Shown: piece by piece, positions 33,671 through 47,205 of the stretch
Layout of the letters: every line of letters starts with the position of its first letter
How positions within the stretch are numbered: the stretch's first letter is position 1
DNA from: Eledone cirrhosa
Taxonomy: Eukaryota
Assembly: GCA_964016885.1 (NCBI GenBank)
Contig: OZ024755.1
Coordinates: 8,556,001-8,620,000 of the forward strand
Length of the DNA: 64,000 nucleotides
Direction: 5' to 3'
Translations under genes and position numbers: made by a program
Notes under the pieces: generated by a model
Database searches by the model: none
Told to the model about the DNA's origin: nothing
What the model saw: the letters and a program-made list of their open reading frames with translations, nothing else

Positions 33671-33702
<32 letters not shown>

Positions 33703-33728
33703 GTGTATGTATGTATATATATATAAAT

Positions 33729-33765
<37 letters not shown>

Positions 33766-34089
33766 TATGTGTATATATATATAGTGTATGTATATATATA
33801 TAGTGTATGTATATATATATATAGTGTATGTATATATATATAGTGTATATATATATATATAGTGTATATATATATATATATATATATAGTGTATGCATAT
33901 ATATATATAGTGTATGTATATATATAGTGTATATATATATATATATAGTGTATATATATATATATATATAGTGTATATATATATATATATATAGTGTATA
34001 TATATATATATATATATAGTGTATATATATATATATATATATAGTGTATATATATATATATATATAGTGTATATATATATATATATATA

Positions 34090-34123
<34 letters not shown>

Positions 34124-34173
34124 TATGTGTGTGTATATATATATATATAGTGTATATATATATATATATAGTG

Positions 34174-34264
<91 letters not shown>

Positions 34265-34275
34265 TACATACATAC
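33272..34275. repeat. (TA)n array punctuated by TAGTGTA
   Basis: Direct reading. Confidence 0.95.
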
Positions 34276-36644
34276 ATACAGAGAGACAGGGCGGGAGAGA
34301 ATGTATGTGTGTAGGGTGGACAAATGGTTCTCCGTCATTTTCAATAAGTAGGGTCCCAGTTGTTCGATCAAAGGAAAATCCTTTTAATGGAATAAACGTG
34401 TAGGTGGCTGAGTATTTCATTAATGTTACTCTCAGCTAGATTCAGTGTCATACAGTATGGGCTAAGACTGGCCAATTGAATTATAGGTACGGGCAATCCC
34501 ATGGGCTTCCAAACAGTTTCCGCCCACCAAATATCCTACCATGATACTTAGCGGTATCGAACTCGGAAGATAATGATTACAAAGCGAACTGCTTCACCAT
34601 TCAGCAAAGCTGCATCTATACACGTAACACACACACGCCTACACACATTTATGTATGTGGATGTGCGTGTGTGTGAGTATAGACACACCAAAACTATAGA
34701 AACACCACCTCCAATCAGAGACAAACGTGGTAAGTTTCCACCAGGAGATGCAAGTGTTAGATAACATCAGGACTAGAAATATGAACATTAAGAGTTTCAT
34801 AGGTCCGAGATGAGGGTCGTAATTATTTTTACTTTTCACACATACGCACACTCACTCACTCACACACTCACCTGCAGTGTGGGAGGGAGAGGGAAGAGGT
34901 GAAAGGAAATGAGAGAAACGGACACACATACACTCTTTGTTATTAATAGTGATTATATACTTTGAGGTTTCTCCAAAGCTACCGGCTTTTCAACACTCTT
35001 CTGAAAAGGCAGTAGCTTTGGCGAAACAACCTCTAATGTTAAATATATACATATTCCGTTTTTGAATTAGTTTTGTAAGATTTCTCATCTGAAAACGTGT
35101 GTTGAAACAGATATTGTTATAGTGTGTGTGTGGGGTGGGGTGGGTGGGGCTGTGGACTACATCTGCACCAAATATTTCTTCCCTTTGTCATTTTGAAAAC
35201 CTTCCAATAAAAAAATAAAAACTTTCGTCTGATGATTAACTTCAAATAAATTGAATATTTATTTCTAGTCATTTTTTAGTATAGATTTCTCTCTTCTCCA
35301 TCGTGTAGTCTTGCGCTTGCATGCATATTTATGTGTGTGTCTATTTTTGTCGTCGCTAGAAAATATGTAAAAACTTTGACTATAATTTAAATACATACAT
35401 ACTATGACTACTTTCACTCTCGTATGATGACGATCATTAGAATGGATCCTCCGTCGATTTTGACGATGACTACTTCAGTTCCACTTGCACATATTGTCTC
35501 TACCAATAAGCCAAAGAACGATACTGGGTTACTATATTCGATACAAATAGCCGCAAAATTGTTTGTTAGATCACATACTAACACCTGAAAATAATATCAG
35601 AAAGATGTATAGTAAAATATAGTCCAGTATATGTGTAAATTTATCTGATGGTCATGGCTTGAACATCATTGGTCAAAACTCTGCTTAAACATGATACACT
35701 TGGAAAAGCAATATATAAACTTTATTCTTGCCGGACCAGTTCACATAGGGCGGAATCGTTTATTAATATATTGCACCCAGGTTCTGTCTAATTAATGTGA
35801 TTTGACAGCTAGGGCACAATACAACCATACAAGCGGATGGTGGTACATTATTTTGCAAGGACTGTAGCCATGAAATCTTTATTTCAGATGGCACAACAGA
35901 GCCAGCTGATGTGAGGTAGGAAACGATATAAAAACATAATTGACTATGGTCTGTGTTAATTGGCAGTGGCTTGTTAAACTATTTCTTTTTGGTACACATC
36001 AAACAGGATTTGACCAAAATTGTTACCATAAATTCCGACGGAGCTAATAAAGAGCCTCTTGTGTGCCTCACAGCCCACTAGAAGGAGCAGCCAAATATCC
36101 TTCAAAACACGCCTTCTCAGTTCATATCCTCCCGTCTCATAAAAATACATATTGGATAATATTGTCCTAGTCACAATGTTTAAATAAATGACAGGACGAT
36201 GAAAGCTAAAACCCCCTTTAATCATAAGTCAGCTTAACTTAACTAGACGTGACTTGGCTCTAAACAAGACCAACAGCAAAAATCTATACTCTGGGTCTTC
36301 AGATGTCCCTCACATGATTAAATCCTGAATTAAATCCATCTGAAACAGCCCCTGGTTTTATTTTTAAAAAGTGTTCCTTTAAATTCAAATTTTCCATTAA
36401 AGTTTAAGTAATAAATTTGTGTTGATATATTTCCAAACCCCAATTTATGATACAGTTAATTATTTTAACAAACGCATTGAGAATATTTAAACTTTGAAAG
36501 GTAGTCTCCCGAATGTAGATGAATACAATAATCTATAAATAATGGTTGAAAACAATCGGGTAAAGTACTTAAAAACTATTGGGAACATTTAAGATTTTAA
36601 ATAGTTGTATCCCAATGATCGCAACAACTGTCAATCACTATAAA

Positions 36645-36737
36645 TAATTGTTTCTACTTTTGGCACAAGGCCAGCAATTATTCCAGTGTATTACTGGTAC
36701 TTTATTTTATCGATCACGTAAGGATGAAAGGTAAAGT
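36645..36737 (-). mobile_element. SINE family A, 3' fragment
   Basis: TTGTTTCTACTTTTGGCACAAGGCCAGC..GGATGAAAGGTAAAG. Confidence 0.75.
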
Positions 36738-36789
36738 GTGAAAATCGTGTGAAGTACACCTGGAGTCTAAAAAGAAATGAATAGAGGTG

Positions 36790-37082
36790 CAGGGCCGGAT
36801 TTAGACTTTGGTAGGCTCGGCGTACTTCAAGTCGGGGAGGGATCTCATATATAAAAATATTAAAATACACAGCAAACCCCTAATTTAAAATATCAAAGTC
36901 AGTTTGCCTCAAGAATTGAAAAGTTATACATACAGGTATCAAATTCGCAAAATCTAATCATCCTAAAATTAAAAAGCCCAGCTGAGGGCACAAATACATT
37001 GCTATGACCATTACTAGTTTGGTCCCCACTGCAGGGAGCCCAGGGCAAATGTTCCCTTTGGTCCCCATTAAATCCGGCCCAG
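36790..37082. mobile_element. hAT-like MITE
   Basis: TIRs CAGGGCCGGATTTA / TAAATCCGGCCCAG (1 mismatch); no clear 8-bp TSD. Confidence 0.55.
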
Positions 37083-37746
37083 CATCTACGCCTTCGTCTA
37101 CATTTTTCGTCTCCTGTGGTATTTTACCTGTTTTCCTCAAATATAATTTAAAGTGATCGAAGGTTATGTTCATTCGATTTGCGATGAAGATATTTCATGT
37201 TTTTATATGTTTGTTCGAATACTCAGAGTGCTTCAATGTCATGACATCATAGGAAATGGATTTAATATAATTTCCATTTGAAATATATTTATTATTTAGT
37301 ATTTTGTTTGTTGTTACAGCTACAGAGTTTGGATATGTATTGGAACAACTAAATCTAATTTATAAATAAATTTAAAACAGGAAATATAGTGTTATACATT
37401 TTGTCGTGTGTTAAGTCTTTTGAAGTAATCTGTAATGTAATATTCCAATTGATCCCTAAACTATTCAGATTGCTCTCCAACATTCGAATTGTTCTCTAAT
37501 ATACAAGTTGCCCCACTAAATATTAGTATTATCCTCCAAAATATATGAATTAACAGCCTAAATATCCAAAAAGTAGAGTGTATGGCCATGTTCAGAAAAA
37601 CTGATCTAGGACTGTCAACGTCAACTATGTTTCACTCCCAAAACATGAGTCGGGACGAGGCTATGATGAGTGAAATTAGTTCAAAAGTACAAGATGTGGG
37701 GTCGAGGACCTTAACTATGATGCGATTTCGCGTTCACAAACACAAA

Positions 37747-37955
37747 TGTGTCCCCAAAAAGTGTATACACAAAGGTGTCCCCCCAAAAAGTGTATATACA
37801 AAGGTGTCCCCAAAAAGTGAATACACAAAGGTGCCCCCCCCCCCCAAAAAAAGTGTATATACAAAGATGTCCCCAAAAAGTGTATACACCATTCTAATAA
37901 ATATGGCCTGTACAGGTAATCAAAGTGTGTATACATTTTGTGGGGACACCCAGTA
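37747..37955. mobile_element. Tc1/mariner-type mini-MITE with a tandemly amplified left TIR
   Basis: 5x TGTCCCCAAAAAGTGTATACACAAAGG, then inverted GTGTATACATTTTGTGGGGACACCCAGTA. Confidence 0.6.
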
Positions 37956-38069
37956 TATATTATACAATAGAATACAGAATATTGCATGTTTAGTTCATTA
38001 TTGTTGTTTCTGCTGTTAGGGCAGTGGATTAACTTTGGAAAAAATGTATCTTGGCATTTATTCACAGCT

Positions 38070-38215
38070 ATTTGTTCGAAACTTGCCAGGGCCCACTTTT
38101 CTTTTCATTCTTCTGGCTTCGATAAAATAAAGTACCAGTCAAGTAATGGGGTCAATGTAATCGACTTTCCTGTTTCCTCAAATGGTTGCCTTGTTTCAAT
38201 TTTGGAAAGAATTAT
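38070..38215 (+). mobile_element. SINE family A, diverged
   Basis: TTCGATAAAATAAAGTACCAGTC..GGGGTCAATGTAATCGACT. Confidence 0.6.
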
Positions 38216-40269
38216 TTAGGAATACAATTTACAAAATTTACAAAAAGAAAGAAAAAAGAATGAAGTGGTGTTGAATTAAATATGATACATAACTTAGCTA
38301 TATTCCTATTTATATGTGAGTTCAAATCCAGCTGGTGCCGACTTCCACTTCCTTAAGATCCCGGTTTACAAATATAAATAGTCATCATATATTGGGGAAG
38401 AAAGTATATGAAATGCTACTAAACTAATCTAAATCTTATTTTATATATCATGCATGCAGCAGCAGCAAATATTTCATTAAGACAATGTAAAGTACCAGTT
38501 ATATACTGTGATCAATATAATCACCCCCCCCCCTCCACCACCACCACAAACGCAGTCAATTACTAGCCTTGTGCCAAATTTAGAAATCATCATTATTATA
38601 GTTGCGTTTATAGCCCTAGGTCAGCTTTAGTCGAGTAAACATATGGTGAAATTAAATTTACTATTAAACATTTCCTACTGTCATTACTTGTTCTGTATAT
38701 TACGCTGCAATATTTAATGTTTTTATTTTCTTTCTTTAATACAGTGGTTATATTAGTATATTGGTCGTGGTGGATATATTAGTAGTTAGATTTATAGTGA
38801 TAGAGGTGGTAGTAGTAGTTTCAGTAATGATGGTTGAGGCTGTAGCAGATGTGGTGAATGTGGTATTTAGTAGTAATAGCAGCAATAGAAAGAATAATAT
38901 CCCGTATGTAGTATTTAACTTCGATCCGATACATTCTAAGTTTATGCTGACGAGGTGCAGTGCACTTAGTCATCCTTAAATGATCATGACATTAAATTAT
39001 TGTCATTGTTGTTGTTTGTTGTTATATATCTTCCGGGCCAACCCTGTCCAAGCATACTGAACATAACCACCACATCATCTAATCCGTCTCCAATATATTA
39101 CCTTTCTTCCCTATTTATATCACAAGGAAGTATCCTAGAGAGAGATTATCCCGGCCACTAGATATAATCTGTATTTCCCTGTTTATAACACGGGGAAGTA
39201 TTCAGGATGGAGCTTCGGCTAATAATTCTAGTTTCTAGCTGCTCCTGGAACTAAGGAGAGCAGAGATCCCCAAACTATATCGACCACTTCCCCCTTAATA
39301 AAATCTGTGGCTCCTCATGAAACAGCCGTGTAAAACATATACAAACCCATAAGTAAACAGAGTATGAAATAAATAGACAGTAAAGCTGTGTCATTGTATT
39401 GTTGTGTGTGTTTTCATTTCCTATTCAAATATCAGGTTTTGACCCGAACATTCAATCGATGCCATGATTATTCCTATTAAACTCGGGTGAGGGGGTCGTT
39501 GTCAATAAATTTGGGAACCTCTGTTATAGGAGGTCTGTCGTTGGTTCATTGTCGGTAAATAGTGGAGAGGTAGAGATGACAGTCCACTATTACAGTTATT
39601 TTTGTAGTTTTAAAAGTTTTAACACAACCAACCCATGCTGTTTCTAGCTACAGCCTGAACATTTCTTTGCTCCCTGAAAGATTTACGACCTAGTCGGACT
39701 TTCTGTCTCCGAACACATTCAATTTAATTCACTTTTGAAATAAAGATAAACAAATATACTTGTTTTCTAATACTATTTATCTAACTTTGAAAAAAATTCT
39801 GTATCTTCTTTTAAATAGAAAAGAATATTTTATTTATTATTTATTTATCATATTTATAATTTTTTTAAATCTTTAACCGTTTAATCAAGGGGGAAAGGCA
39901 GTGCCTGTGCGGTCTATTTTTACCACCACTCCGTTGTTTGTAATAGGAAGGGAAAATATCCACTAATCGAAGACGTAACTCAAATGCTTGTAACACAGTG
40001 GATTCTATTAAAGGCACCTAGCTCCATGTGTTGTTGTTAGACAGGGTGTTGGTTTAAGTCTACAATACATATATACAACGGCGAAATCTGACCACATGAG
40101 CCGGACCAATTATCTTGACTGACGTACTAATAATTTAACATTTCCTCCAAACCCCAGCTAATCCGGAGAAAAATCTGAGGAGTAAATTATTCACGCAGGA
40201 TAGAAGGATGCTGGTCCGGTTCATTCCGTTATCACGTCCTGTTCCGTTATCACTATCCTTGTTATTGCT

Positions 40270-40428
40270 TTGCCACAGGACAGTTTGAGTAGGCACATGG
40301 GCTTGCAATCGAAAGGTTGTGAATTCAATTCTCGGACCGGGTGATGTGTTGTTTCCTTGAGCAAGACACTTTATTTCACGTTGCTCCAGTTTACTCAGCT
40401 GTAGAAATGGGATGATAGCACTGGGGTC
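40270..40428 (+). mobile_element. tRNA-derived SINE family B, 5' part
   Basis: GTGAATTCAATTCTC B-box-like; CCTTGAGCAAGACACTTTATTTCACGTTGCTCCAGTTTACTCAGCTG core. Confidence 0.7.
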
Positions 40429-42334
40429 CCTATCATTAATTCACCCAAGACACCTCCAACGAGATATACCTTGGAGGAGGCCAGCTAAACCTGCATAGGT
40501 ATGAGCTGTAACCTTTTATTAATACCGAGAGAACTAGACATACCCTGGAGTGGCTTTCCATATTTCCTTTGCCTCATTCAAACTCACAACAGGATATTAC
40601 CTCTGTACTGTAATCTCATGACATACTCTCCTATTGTACGGCCCTGTCACTATCTACAACAGTCGAACATGACCCATTCTGCATTACACACCTGTTTCTG
40701 AAGTCGGTTGAAACGAAAACGCTTCAACGAAGATAACATAGTCAGTAACAGTGATGAATTTTCCCATTACTTTCAAACATAAGTATTCGGTTGTTCGATT
40801 AACTGAACATCTAACTCATCAATTAACGTGTATGTGACTGAGTTTTCTACAAGCATGTGTACCCATAACTTTTCTTGTTGAATCATGTTCGTACACTATA
40901 TGACAAGGCTATTATGTATTACAGTTAGTCAACGTATACTCGCTGTATTACTACATAGAATTTTGAGAATCTACGTGTATTTATAAATACTTTAACATTT
41001 CACAAATGATACCAAAGCTGACATCAAGGAATATTTTGTACAATAAAAATAAGTCACAATCTCCACATCCACTCTTCCTCCAAACTCTCAAAGGTTCGAA
41101 CATCTGTAAACATATATAATGTTGTTGCTAATAAATCTCAGGTTGGTAGTAAACGGCAAAACATCTAATGAAAGGCATTCTTACTTTAACTGACCTGGGA
41201 CGGTTTCCCTCCATACTGTATTATCCAATAGGTAATTTCTTTTTAAAATAGTAAGTAATTTTGGCTGCTAGGATGAACGACCAGTTTGAGCTGGGCACCA
41301 TAACATTTTTAGACCATCGACTCCTCACATAATACTTCACTCCTTAGTAAGTAAATAAATATATCAAACAGAATATATATAGACAATAAAGGCTAATCGA
41401 TACAAATAAATGCCTAGTTCTGTGTCTCTCCACGGTTGACTGGCTACGGCAAATATAAATGTTGTATTCAAGAATTAATTTGAATTAACCACAAAATCAA
41501 ATATGCGGTTGCAAGTTCGTATCGTCCTCTCGTCACGAAAGAAATACTAGGTTTTGATTATCAGTGACACTGTGCACTCCTAAAATAAAGAGTATAGGGT
41601 GTCAGAGAATCGATAAAAAAAAAGAGAGAAAAAAATATACTATATTATCCGGACATCGGTACGAGTTCGAATATCTTTGAGGTTGCTGAACTGAATTGTT
41701 TCAAGCAGGCTGCTGCTTATTACTGATTTACAGACCTGTCAACTCTCCCTATTCGACGGGTAGATCCCACTCTCTTTAGGGTAGATGAGAGATGTCTTCT
41801 CTTGTGAAAATTATGTGATTTCATGTGAAATCTCCCCATTTTGCCTCATTTCTCCCCGTTTCGGAGCACTTTTTTTCATGGTACTCTCCGTTTGGGTTTT
41901 TAGAGGTTGGCAAGTTTGGATTTATATCCTTACTTTAAAAATAAACATCGTTTATTTTATAATTAAATAAACCGCTAGACGGAATATGTCAAAGCAAGTA
42001 TGTATTAACTTTATGGCAAAAATGTAGTATTCTCTTTTCATAAACTTGTATATGTTGATAGATACGTTACGAAACACACACACACATTAGCAGTAAGCTC
42101 TGTAGAAAAATGAGATTTATTAGATTACAATATTTATCTTAATTTTTTAAGCAAATATCGAGTTTTATTCTATGTGTCCAATCGTACTGGGATTGATATG
42201 ATCGACTAAATACCAACATGGTTGTAGTTTAACAACTGAAACGTGTAAAAGTGTAACTAAAGTTTTTAGACATTTTCACTGGTTTATATAACAATTTACT
42301 TTCTTCGTCATGTCTCCGGGATGCAAGTGAAATA

Positions 42335-42434
42335 CATCGCCACCACCTGGATGTCATCGCCACCACCTGGGTGTCATCGCCACCGCCTGGGTGTCATCGC
42401 CACCGCCTAGGTCTCATCACCACCGCCTGGGTGT
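42335..42434. repeat. GC-rich 20-bp tandem repeat CATCGCCACC(A/G)CCTGGGTGT x5
   Basis: Direct reading. Confidence 0.9.
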
Positions 42435-43034
42435 CGTCTCCCCCTCGCTTCTCCTTTATTTTCATTTTCTAATATCGTATGCTAAATATTTATATAAATA
42501 AAGCCGTTGCAGCGGAGGCCACTGGCCATTGTCCCCCGAAATGTTTTTGTGGTCATGTCGCTTCCAACTCCCATTCTTCTGTGACACTAGAGCCCTTGCC
42601 GTTTCCTTCCTTTTCTGTTTTTAAATATTTGAAATGTGTTTCTATATTTCCTTTCTAAATAGTAGGAGACTTATCGTCGTGACTATATTAACTAGGCTTT
42701 CTAAGTTTGACATTTTAATGCATCTTATTCAATTCATTTAATGTCCTTAAGAAATATATCTATAACATGAGATCCCATTTTCTCTTTCGTGTTATGTCAG
42801 AAACAATCACTACGTTGATATCGTTACGTTCATATAGCTTGTGAAGCAATTGATTCGATATATCACACTTGTGCGTGTGATAATTACCCTTGTCATCAAA
42901 TAATATGAAGTTGACCAATGGCTTGTATGTCTCTCTATGTAGTCGGAAATTGGCTCGTTGAAAGCTTCTTTGATAAAATCAACTTTCCAACAATATACTT
43001 TATTTTGGTCTAACAGCCTGAGATTGGACATATG

Positions 43035-43205
43035 CACGCGGGTGTGGCAAAGTAGTTAAAAAGTTCGCTTTGCAATAATGGAGTCGTGGATTCGATCCCA
43101 CAGAGTGGTATCTGAAGCAAGAGTAATGTATGTAATCTCGTCTCGATTGAAGCCTTGTGAATGAAACTAGGTAGACAGAAACTGTTTAGAAGCATGTAGC
43201 TTGGG
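43035..43205 (+). mobile_element. tRNA-derived SINE family C
   Basis: A-box-like TGGCAAAGTAG, B-box GGATTCGATCCC, GCCTTGTGAATGAAACTAGGTAGACAGAAACTG. Confidence 0.65.
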
Positions 43206-43655
43206 TTGTACATGCTTATTGAAAGGTCCTCCTCATTTCAAATATTTTGTCAGGTTTGCTAAAGCTAAAGACATGAGCTCTCGGCGAGCCAAATTAATGA
43301 TAGGGTTTCTAGGGTGTCCACAGCGAGAGCCATGTTAATTAAGTGAGATTATAAATTACTCTTTGTGACATTGTTAATTTTATTGCAATCCGTTCCACCC
43401 ATAAATCCGGAACTCTCTTTGTTAAATTCTTTTATCAATTTTAGTCATTGAACTGCAGGCATTCTGGTGTTTTTGTTGAGTACTTTGATCACAGTAGTTC
43501 TTGCGTGATTTACTTTCTGGAGCTCTGGTACGGGAATGCTTATTCTGTTGTGGAGTCGGGATAACTTTGCGAAACTCAGAACCTAAATATCGCAAGATTT
43601 TTTACACAGTCTTTTATCTATCCATCTATCTATATATCTATCTATATATCTGTCT

Positions 43656-43715
<60 letters not shown>

Positions 43716-43834
43716 TAGATAGATGGATGAGCATACGCACACACGTATGCACACACACGAACAAATGCAGGTATGTATAATGAATGTATTGCTATGTCGC
43801 CTGCTATCTATCTCGATATCAATATCTTCTTCTC

Positions 43835-43865
<31 letters not shown>

Positions 43866-44041
43866 GACCCTCTATATATATATATATATTCATCAATGTA
43901 TGTATCTATCTGCTTTTATTTGTTAGATTGAATATTCCACACTCACAATGTATTTCTCTTTCCCCTTCGATCACTTCTCACTATATATAGAAAACTATAT
44001 GTACGTACACACATGCATACATATACATGCATACACCCAGG

Positions 44042-44084
<43 letters not shown>

Positions 44085-44389
44085 GTAAGTATTATAAGTG
44101 TGTATTTAAGTGAATTTCTATGTATGTTTACCCTACGATGTCAAACCACTCGAAATATCCGACATTTTAATCCCAGTTCTTAATTAGAAATTTGAGTTTA
44201 GCAATTATATCTTAGGTGAAGTTTAATTAAATAGTTTAATTCCATCCGAATGAAAGGGTGTACGAAATCAAAAATAGAAAACTGCCTTCGGCTCTCTGAA
44301 ATTATATACTTTGGTCACGTCTTATGAAAGTTATCTGCCCCAAAAGAACTTCGTGATATAGCTGCGAGTATTTGTTTATTCCGATTACT

Positions 44390-44450
<61 letters not shown>

Positions 44451-44678
44451 CTTGAAGGCGGCCACCCGGTCTAGCAACTGCTAATTTTTGGCCGACTTCT
44501 CGTCCTGGGCATCTCTCTCTGCTTTTCAGACCCTTGGATTGTGTCTACTATATTCCTTTGTTGGATAAATTTCGGAATACCTGATGATGTCACCGGATTT
44601 ATACTGAACCCGGTCATTGGAATGTTCATAGTATAATAAACCTTTAAGAAATTACACCAGTCCAGCCTCCTGTTATTT

Positions 44679-44683
<5 letters not shown>
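44451..44683 (+). mobile_element. (TA)n-flanked insert with a decayed hammerhead
   Basis: CTGATGA at 44581; stem ACCGG/CCGGT; TTGGAATGTT (cf. TCGAAACGTT); AATAAA at 44635. Confidence 0.5.
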
Positions 44684-44718
<35 letters not shown>

Positions 44719-44740
44719 ATGTGTGTGTGTGTGTGCGTTT

Positions 44741-44777
<37 letters not shown>

Positions 44778-44780
<3 letters not shown>

Positions 44781-44958
44781 AATATGGAAATGGCTTCTAC
44801 AGGACTATAACTGTTTCATTCCAAGGAAGTCATCAGGAAAACCTTTCCTGATGAAACAGTTCTAGTCCTGTAGAAGCCATTTCTATATTAAATTTTTATA
44901 CTCTGCTATGTATTGAGTACCTTACTTACTGTGGTTACCCCCGATTGAACCCATGATA
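44778..44958 (+). mobile_element. Family H5 fold-back element between (GT)n and (CA)n
   Basis: Palindrome 44778-44892; minus strand CTGATGA-CTTCCTTGGAAT-GAAAC..GTC; GTATTGAGTAC in the tail. Confidence 0.7.
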
Positions 44959-45289
44959 CACACACACACACACACACAGTTAACGATAGAGAGAAACAGT
45001 GGCATGGGAATCGACTGGAGGAACACAGTGTCACACTATTTTTATGTTGCATGAAAGGATATTTGGCAAAGTCCACCTAGCCGGGATTGTGAATATGGCG
45101 GGTAGAGCGCCTTTACGAATATTACATCATTGTATCCGACGTCCTAACGGTTCTGAAGAGGTGTCACCTATGATCTAAATATCTACGAAAGTTCTTAAGA
45201 GAGTGTATTGTGGTTTAAAGGGGATTGGTAGCGAAGCGAAGGACCTGGTAGACAGTCCCTCATCAGCTTCCCTCAGTCTTTCCCGCCAC

Positions 45290-45780
45290 TGTCCTATCTC
45301 TTCCCCCACTCTCTCCTATCTCTTCCCCCACTTTCTCCTCTTCCTCTCCCACTTCTCTCCTATCTTTTCCCTCTCTCCCCACTACCATCTTTCCTCTCTC
45401 CACTCCTCTCTTCTCCTTCTCTCCACCTCTTCCCATCCCCCATCTCATCTCTCTCCGCCTTCATCTCCCTCTCCCTCCCTCTCTTCCCCCGCTCCCCATC
45501 TCCCCACTCTCCCCGTCTCCTCTCTCTCATCCCTCTCTCTACTCTTCTCCCCCTCTCTCCCCCTCCCTCTCCTCACTCTCTCCTCCATCTCCCCTATCTC
45601 CTCTCTCTCTCTACCCCCGTCGATCACCATCTCCCCACTCTCCCCACCCCCTCTCCCTCCTCTATCTCCCCTTCTCACGTCATCTCCCACTATCCCCTTC
45701 TCCCCTCTCCCATCTATCTCCCCCTTCTCCTCTCTCTCCTCCTCTCTCCCCTCCTCCATCTCCCCACTCTATCCGCATCT
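45290..45780. repeat. CT-rich polypyrimidine low-complexity tract
   Basis: Direct reading. Confidence 0.85.
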
Positions 45781-46088
45781 CTTCATGCCACTAGCAATGG
45801 TGAAGACAATTAACTTGTGTCTTGAGAGACTTCACAATATCCAGTACATTACATTATTATTCTGGACTAGAACCTCATCAGAGGCAACTTGTATTTCTAT
45901 CACTATTTCTGTTTGGTTATTATAGTCAGAATAAGGAGGAGGAGGTAGTGGTCGTGGTCGGAGCGGTGGCGATGGTTCTTGTTCCACTACTTCCCCTTCT
46001 TTTTCTTCTTTTACTTCTTTAATTTTTCTATTTTTCTTCATCTTCATTGCCTTTTTTCTTTTGTTTTCTTCATTTTTTCTCAACATTC

Positions 46089-46130
<42 letters not shown>

Positions 46131-46131
46131 T

Positions 46132-46184
<53 letters not shown>

Positions 46185-46351
46185 TACAAGCGAAGTCATT
46201 GTTCCTCCCTATCGTTAGCAACAGATATGTAACTGGTGTAGACTGGTGATAAGGACAGCTCACACATAGAGAGGACTGTGTTATAGACTATATCAGTTCC
46301 CAGATCTAAAGTCATTCGCTCAACATACAAGAACAGCGTTCAAACCACTTT

Positions 46352-46469
<118 letters not shown>

Positions 46470-46595
46470 ACTGATCCTTTTATCACAGACCTTTTCAATC
46501 TGAGCTACCCTATGCCTACACACATACATGCATATATATATATATAGTTAAAGAAAGAAGAGTAACATGGTTGGCTGTACAATAAGGGCTTTATT

Positions 46596-47205
<610 letters not shown>

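Noticed and set aside
39000-39620. Possible LTR remnant
   Set aside because: No TG..CA boundaries, PBS or partner LTR could be identified.
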